Below, one piece after another: positions 57,963 through 64,000 of a stretch of 64,000 nt of DNA. Every line of letters begins with the position of its first letter. Position 1 is the stretch's first letter. The position numbers and the translations under genes were made by a program. The stretch is taken from the NCBI GenBank assembly GCA_904063045.1, contig CAJFCJ010000010.1, positions 186,001-250,000 of the forward strand. Direction: 5' to 3'. The notes under the pieces were generated by a model. That model was not told the origin of the DNA. It worked only from the letters and a program-made list of their open reading frames with translations, and did not search any database. The DNA is from Dimorphilus gyrociliatus. Taxonomy: Eukaryota; Animalia; Annelida.

Positions 57963-60900
57963 TTAAAAAGGAGCGTGACAAAGAGGACAGCAATGCCTAG
58001 AATTCATTTCCGCTGCGTACGCTTGGTGCTTACAAGTGTTGCACATCCAAAATTGATAATCCATTAACGGTCTTCCAGTTGCCATGCAAACTTGAAACTT
58101 CGAATCGCAGCTTGTACATTGAGTTGACCTATAGTGTCAATAGAGGTTAATCAGATAAGAACGTATCTATTGATGCATTTAGAATAACTAACCAGTCAGG
58201 AATTCGAGTTTCGCAGTGAGGACAGTTTACGTCAGTGTTACGCTGATTCTTAGGAGCATGTCTAAAAGGATAAATTTCAAGGTTAAATTTACATTTCTTT
58301 TTTACTATAACTCAGCCTATTGGTCAGCTATACATGTCTCTTTTAAGCAAAGGAACTATAGCACTTAAGGGAGGGTTGATTTTCATTCGATAAAAAGAGA
58401 AATTGGATGTCGTTTCTTTAACACTATTATATTACAATTTAAGGAAACTTAAGGGAAGCAGATAAAATAAGAGTATCCTTCCGTCGTTTACTCTTCTCTC
58501 TCTCTCCCCTTTAGTCCCGTCTTTTAAGGAATTCTATAATTATTTAGCTTTTTGAAACGGAAGATACTTTGTAAATATATCCAGAGCCAACTCTTCATAT
58601 AGTTCCTTATTCTCGAGTGATTCTAATTTAATAAACGCCTTTGAAGCAATTCCAAACGCTCGATTGTCGCAAGCCGTCAAAGCTGATAAATTGCAATTGA
58701 AAGAATTACGAAAATTTTAAAAGCTCCACCTTGTGTTTAAAAATGTTTACCGATTAAAGAATGACTATCCGACACATCCATAACGTCGTCATATTCACGG
58801 AGATGATAAGCCGTTTTCATTGCTGCGTCAACATAACCTTGATACAGCTGTTTCTGACTGAGAATGAAGAGATGGTACGCTTCCGCGCCTCTCCAAGCTT
58901 GATCGATCAATTTCGTATCATCAAAGGATGATGAATCTTCATTTAGCATGCCAGCTAATGATGACGAAGCCTTAAATTAAAAATAAATATAAATGGTTGA
59001 TGTCTACATAGCATTATTTAATATTAATTACTATTTACTACAATAAATAAATGTGATAAATAAGGTAAGTAGTTAAATATCTTATCTAAATAATAACCCA
59101 TAAATTGCTATTAATTCGTTTTGTAGTTCGACTTTTAAGTAACTAAATAAGTGTGTTTCGTTGTTTAATAAGTTATGGAATACGTAACAATTTGATGATT
59201 GTCAACAAACCTCTTGATTTTTCTTAGATTGAGATGTATGATATTTTGATCTGGCTGTCAGTTTCATTTGTTCATTATGTTGTTCAACCAATAGAGCTGC
59301 TAATACATATAACTTCTTAATTCTTAAGGGTTTTGATTTTTTCTTCGTTTCTTCTCCAGCCAACTAAATATTGAGAGAAAGTATTATTAACTTTTGATAA
59401 GAAGTAGCAATCAACGATTTCTCAAACCTTGTATAAAAGTTTGGCGGCATCTAGGAATCTATTAGCTTTACGGTACAATTCAATAGCGTTTATAATTTTG
59501 TTCTTTTCTAACAGATGACTGGCGTATTTTGTTAATAAACCATCTATTTCTTTCATATTAAACTTCTTTGCCAATTCGATTGCTTCGTTCCATTGATTGA
59601 GCTGAACGCAACAATCTATAGCCTGCTTTACTTTGTTACATTTTACGAAAGCCCGAACAGCCTCAACGCACATTCCTACAGATACTAATTTTTCTGCAAT
59701 ATCACTCAATAAATTATGATTTTCTGGCAATCCATCGGCTAATTTAGCTAGAGCCTCATAATCTTCAAGCATATAATAACATTTCGCTAATCTTTCTTGA
59801 TTATTGCCCAATACGTAATATCTTACAGCTTCGCTCCTGTCAAATAGTTTATAATTTTGGAAATTTCAAATATTTCAGGATATTGTAGTAGTAAAAACAA
59901 ACCATTTTTGTCTATCGGTAAAGAGATCACCTATAGCTATATATGCTTCCTCCATCTGTTGATCATCACCACCACCTTGTTTCAATAGGTCAACGACTTT
60001 GATCCAATCACCTAATTTCTTTCTCATTGCCACAACCATATCCCTTCTATCCAAGCTCAAATAATGTCGATCGGCTTCGTCATATCTATGGAAATAAGCT
60101 GCAACTTCTGCCTTTCTCATAGCTTCATTCTAAAAATTTGTTTATATTTTAATGCAACTTATTGGACTACCAATATGTATATAAATATATTAGGGTCACC
60201 TTGGAAATTCTCGCCGCTTTGCTGTATTTTTAAAATGGTACACTGTAGGCTTATATTCTTAATCATTAATAGAAAGTGAATTGATTAAGGTACTGTCACT
60301 AAAAACTTTCTCAACTTACAAGCCCCAAATTAAAAGTTATTGAGACTTAGTCGTGGCACGGTATGGATGACGGTATAAAGCAGAGAGTAATTATTCAATT
60401 TCTAGTATCACAACAAGTTATTACAATCAATTTTTATAAGCAATTGAAAGCTGTTTTCGGTAGGTACAGCACTTAGCGAAGGTTCAGTAAGAAAGTGGGT
60501 TAGAGAATTTTAAAGAAGGAAGAAGAAATATACTTGATGATGACAGGCCAGGACATTACAGGAAATGAAATTAATAGAATCAGGCCAAATAAAGAGGTGA
60601 TTTTTTTGCAAGACAATATCAGATCTCATACCAGCCTACAAACTAACCAATATCTTGCAACAACTGGATGGCTAATATTGCCTCATACAGCCTACAGATA
60701 GATCTTGATACATCAAACTATTATCTTTTCTGGAAATTAAAGGACCATCTTCGTGGACAAATATTTGAAAATGATGACGAATTGAAAACAGCAGTAAGGG
60801 CATTTTTTAGGTCCAAGCCACCTGAATACTTTGCCAAAGGAATTGATATGCTTCCTACCAGGTCGCAAACATGCATTGATAATAATGGGGAATTCGAAGC

Positions 60901-63900
60901 TAAATAGATATTCCTAAGACATTAATTATTATTTATAAATAAGCATATTATGTAATTTTTGCTTAGCTGATGGACACAAATGGCGAGAATTTTCAGGGTG
61001 ACCCTAATATAACTGTACTAAAAAACTATTAAAATAGTAAAATACCTGCAAATGACTTAATCTCTTTGTAAATTCTATACCAGAGTAGTCTTTACATCTA
61101 ACAAAAGATGATTCTGCTACTTTAAGATCAAGCTCTTCCAAAGCAGCCTCCGCTAATAATCGCCTAAAAAAGTATGAAAAGAAATTGAATATTTTCGTTA
61201 TAGAATGTTATACGGACCATAATCTAGGATGAGGATTATCCTCGATAAACGATTCAGCGTCCTTCAAACCATTTTTGCTTAATATTTCTCTTGCATCTCT
61301 TAGAGACTGAATATTAAACACAATTACATCTTTCACTCTATAAATGATATTAAAGTTAAACTGACTTTAACTTCTAAATCCAATAAATTTTCCTTAGAAG
61401 GAACTTCAGGGTCTTTCATAATTTCATCTAATAAAACTGATCTTATTTGTAAGTCGCTAAATTGACAGAGATAGCCACTTGATGATACTGGTTCCTTTAT
61501 TTAGAAATTATGTTTAGTAGGTCGATAGCGCAATAAACAAAAGAGTAAAATTACCTCAGGCTCAGTACCACGGTAGACGTACATTTTAGTTTTTTCCATC
61601 ATAGCAAATAATTCAGCATTGTCCTATAGAAATACAAATAAAAAAACTATGTAACCAAATGGTTTCTTCGTTCTTGATATCTACCTCAGCCCATTTCATA
61701 TCCCAAACATCTTTTCTTTCAAATTTCAAATGCTCTCCCACAACCTCATTCCCTCGAGTTGGGTCTGTCATTCTCGTTTCTAGGTCGTAAAAAGTTAGTA
61801 ATCCCGAAATATCTATAATAGCCAGTCTCCTATAATTTTTAAAAGTTTTACAATCATTTAAAGCAAATAATTGAATGTCATAACTTACGAGGAACTGCAA
61901 TTTAGACTAATTTGATATGGTTTGCATGTTGTTGAATGCTTATACTGAAGGGCATGCTGGGGCATTGAATATCGATTTAGCGTTCCTGATTCTCTTGCTA
62001 TTACTAGCACTTTTTCTGTAGCCGCAATTGCACAAATTGCATCATCGGTCGGCTGTAAAGATTTTACTGTTTTAGGAATATTAAACTATTTCATAAAATC
62101 CTATGAGCAATTAGCTTCCTTAGTGATAATTTGGGCGTGTTATTATAATATTTCTAATGCTATAAAATTGTAAGTTAAACACAAAAAAAAGCACTGTTGA
62201 TTAATTTACCCTTTTAGCATTCTAAAATAAAAGGTTATAAGGATAAATCAAATTAAAAATAATCTTCAAGAAAGCTACTTACTTTATAGGCCTTATTGAA
62301 ATCAACATCATCACCACCAGCTCCGGAAGGCACATCGTCCGCGTGGAAAAGTCTAAAATAATTTTCATAGATATTTTTTAATTAATAAGAAATTGTTTGA
62401 AATGAAAAGTACCTTTCCACCCCTGCTTTACGATTGGAAACTTGAACATCTAAAGTAATTACTTTCTTAGGATTCTTAAATTGCCATGTATAGAATGCTT
62501 CTCTACACGCAGCAATTATATGAGATTTTGTCATTGTTAAATAGATCGGTTGAAGGTCTAGGTATTTTGAATCCAAAGGTGTTCCAATTGCGTTGCAGAG
62601 TACCAATACGTACTAATTTAAAAAATCAATTTAATAAGAACAAAAAGAATATTTCGTAAATTAGAACAAAATAATGTGTTCATATTTATATATTCTGACA
62701 AAAATAAAGCATTGTTCGATTTTCAGTAGTGTCTTGAATTTGAGATAATTTATGCATTAAACTTGTTTAATTTTAAGATAACCTCTAAAAAATATTTTGG
62801 AAAAGTGATAAAAAAAAGAAAGGCAATTTCAATAACAGTATAACAAGAGTTTTAAACAGTGCCCCAGAGATAGTAGATTACAAAAATCACTTATATAAGC
62901 ACTCATTGCATACCCTGAATTCTGGTGTTACAAAATCCGGAAACTAAATATTTATCATGCCGCCAAGCAATTAGTGAAGTCATTTATATTGTTTTTTGAA
63001 TATTTTTTTGTAAATACTTTTTTCCTTATCACCATTAGTAAAAAAAACTATAAAACAACCATACCTGAGTATTTGAATCCTCAGCTCTAGTTGCCAAACA
63101 GCAATAATCTCCGCATGCAGTTATCTTTATGAGATTTTTTACGTATTTCAAATATCGCTAAAAAAACGAATTCCACAAGTATTAAGACTCATAATATTTA
63201 ATATATATATATATTTGAAAACAAACCTCATTGTTTTTACAATCCCAAAAAACGACACATTGTTCGTTCCTATCAGATCTCATGTAGGAATAAACAACGG
63301 TGTTTGTACAATAGGCCCACTAAAATGAAATGAATAAAAATGAGGTTGAAGTGATTTAATAATTTACTATTTACTTTGTAATCAGGTCTGATATTGGCAA
63401 AGTAAAGAAATGAATCAACAGCCAAAATTATTCTAAGACTCCCTCCTTCCCAGGAACAGCTGTAGATTTTTTTACCAGGGACCTTCAACGTTCTTAGATG
63501 CTATAAGCATACAAAGATTTAAAATGAAAATATGACATATTTGTATGTTTGTTATTTACCTCGCCAAAAGGAGTGTAAAATTGAACAACATTTATGGTTT
63601 TTTCCTCTCCTTGCTGTTGAAGACCGCAAATGGCCAAAGTGTCTCCAGAATGATTCCAGCTACATTGGCAGATTGTTATTCCAGAATCAACAAGAACTGG
63701 AGCTGTAATAATTCCACTTTTACTCAAAAATATGGTATATATACTAGTAATATAACATACCATCATCAACTTCATTTCTCATGATTTGGCAACGACCGTT
63801 CCTGAATGCTATAGCCAATGATGGACAATTTGTTTCTATATAACCATGATTTCCATTATACCAATCCATGCTAACTATATCGGATGAACCAGTATCTTGC

Positions 63901-64000
63901 AAACAATAGATATCAACTTGACTCTAATAAACAAAGAGAAAATAATTTGAATTTATTCTGTTATTATGAAGTCAATATGTATAAAACTTACTATTGGGTT
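57963..64000 (-). CDS. WDR35: WD repeat-containing protein 35 / IFT121 (IFT-A), 5' part outside the window
   Basis: [90 protein letters not shown]-terminal FWMCNTCKH...CPLCHAPF* with stop at 57963-57965. Confidence 0.96.
60190..61007 (+). mobile_element. Internally deleted, non-autonomous mariner element in a WDR35 intron
   Basis: Imperfect TIRs (left TTAGGGTCACCTTGGAAATTCTCGCC; right, as reverse complement, TTAGGGTCACCCTGAAAATTCTCGCC) with TA duplications at 60188-60189 and 61008-61009. Frameshifted HTH remnant from ATG 60363 (QRVIIQFL...[16 protein letters not shown]...DDDRPG). C-terminal remnant [46 protein letters not shown]. Confidence 0.92.

Noticed and set aside
58079-58092. X-box-like GTTGCCATGCAAAC
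   Set aside because: Lies in WDR35 coding sequence and is explained by codons.
57990-58260. GC-richer segment first suspected to be an ncRNA
   Set aside because: It encodes the last two WDR35 exons ([13 protein letters not shown] / FWMCNTCKH...CPLCH).
60190-60196. TTAGGG as a telomeric repeat
   Set aside because: Single copy forming the mariner TIR end.

Overview
AT-rich eukaryotic DNA from a very compact animal genome. Most introns are about 50-70 nt and genes sit a few hundred bp apart. A miniaturised bilaterian such as the annelid Dimorphilus is my inference, not something the sequence proves. Genes in order, spliced by hand: an Ig/EGF single-pass receptor (+, 5' end unresolved), MITD1 (+), an orphan class-A GPCR (-), MRPL30 (-), AQR (-), POLE (+), TRABD (-), DPM2 (+), GTF2H1 (+), a candidate 45-aa membrane microprotein (+), WDR17 (-), ZCCHC10 (+, unusually long introns), a secreted cationic Cys-rich peptide (+), SPATA4 (-) head-to-head with MND1 (+), a PiT/SLC20 phosphate transporter (+), tRNA-Ala(AGC) (-) and WDR35/IFT121 (-, 5'-truncated) with an internally deleted mariner in one intron. 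Four observations stand out. (1) The 11-mer TATAC[A/T]GTATA occurs ten times, always in non-coding DNA; it equals the Tc1/Sleeping Beauty excision footprint inside the preferred TA-repeat target, and a 44-bp TA-CAG...CTG-TA remnant is also present, which suggests widespread transposon excision scars. (2) A POLE intron can only be spliced through a non-canonical GG donor. (3) A structured ZCCHC10 intron element overlaps a candidate poison exon. (4) The secreted Cys-rich peptide matches no family I recognise. All motif counts were made by eye and no database searches were run.
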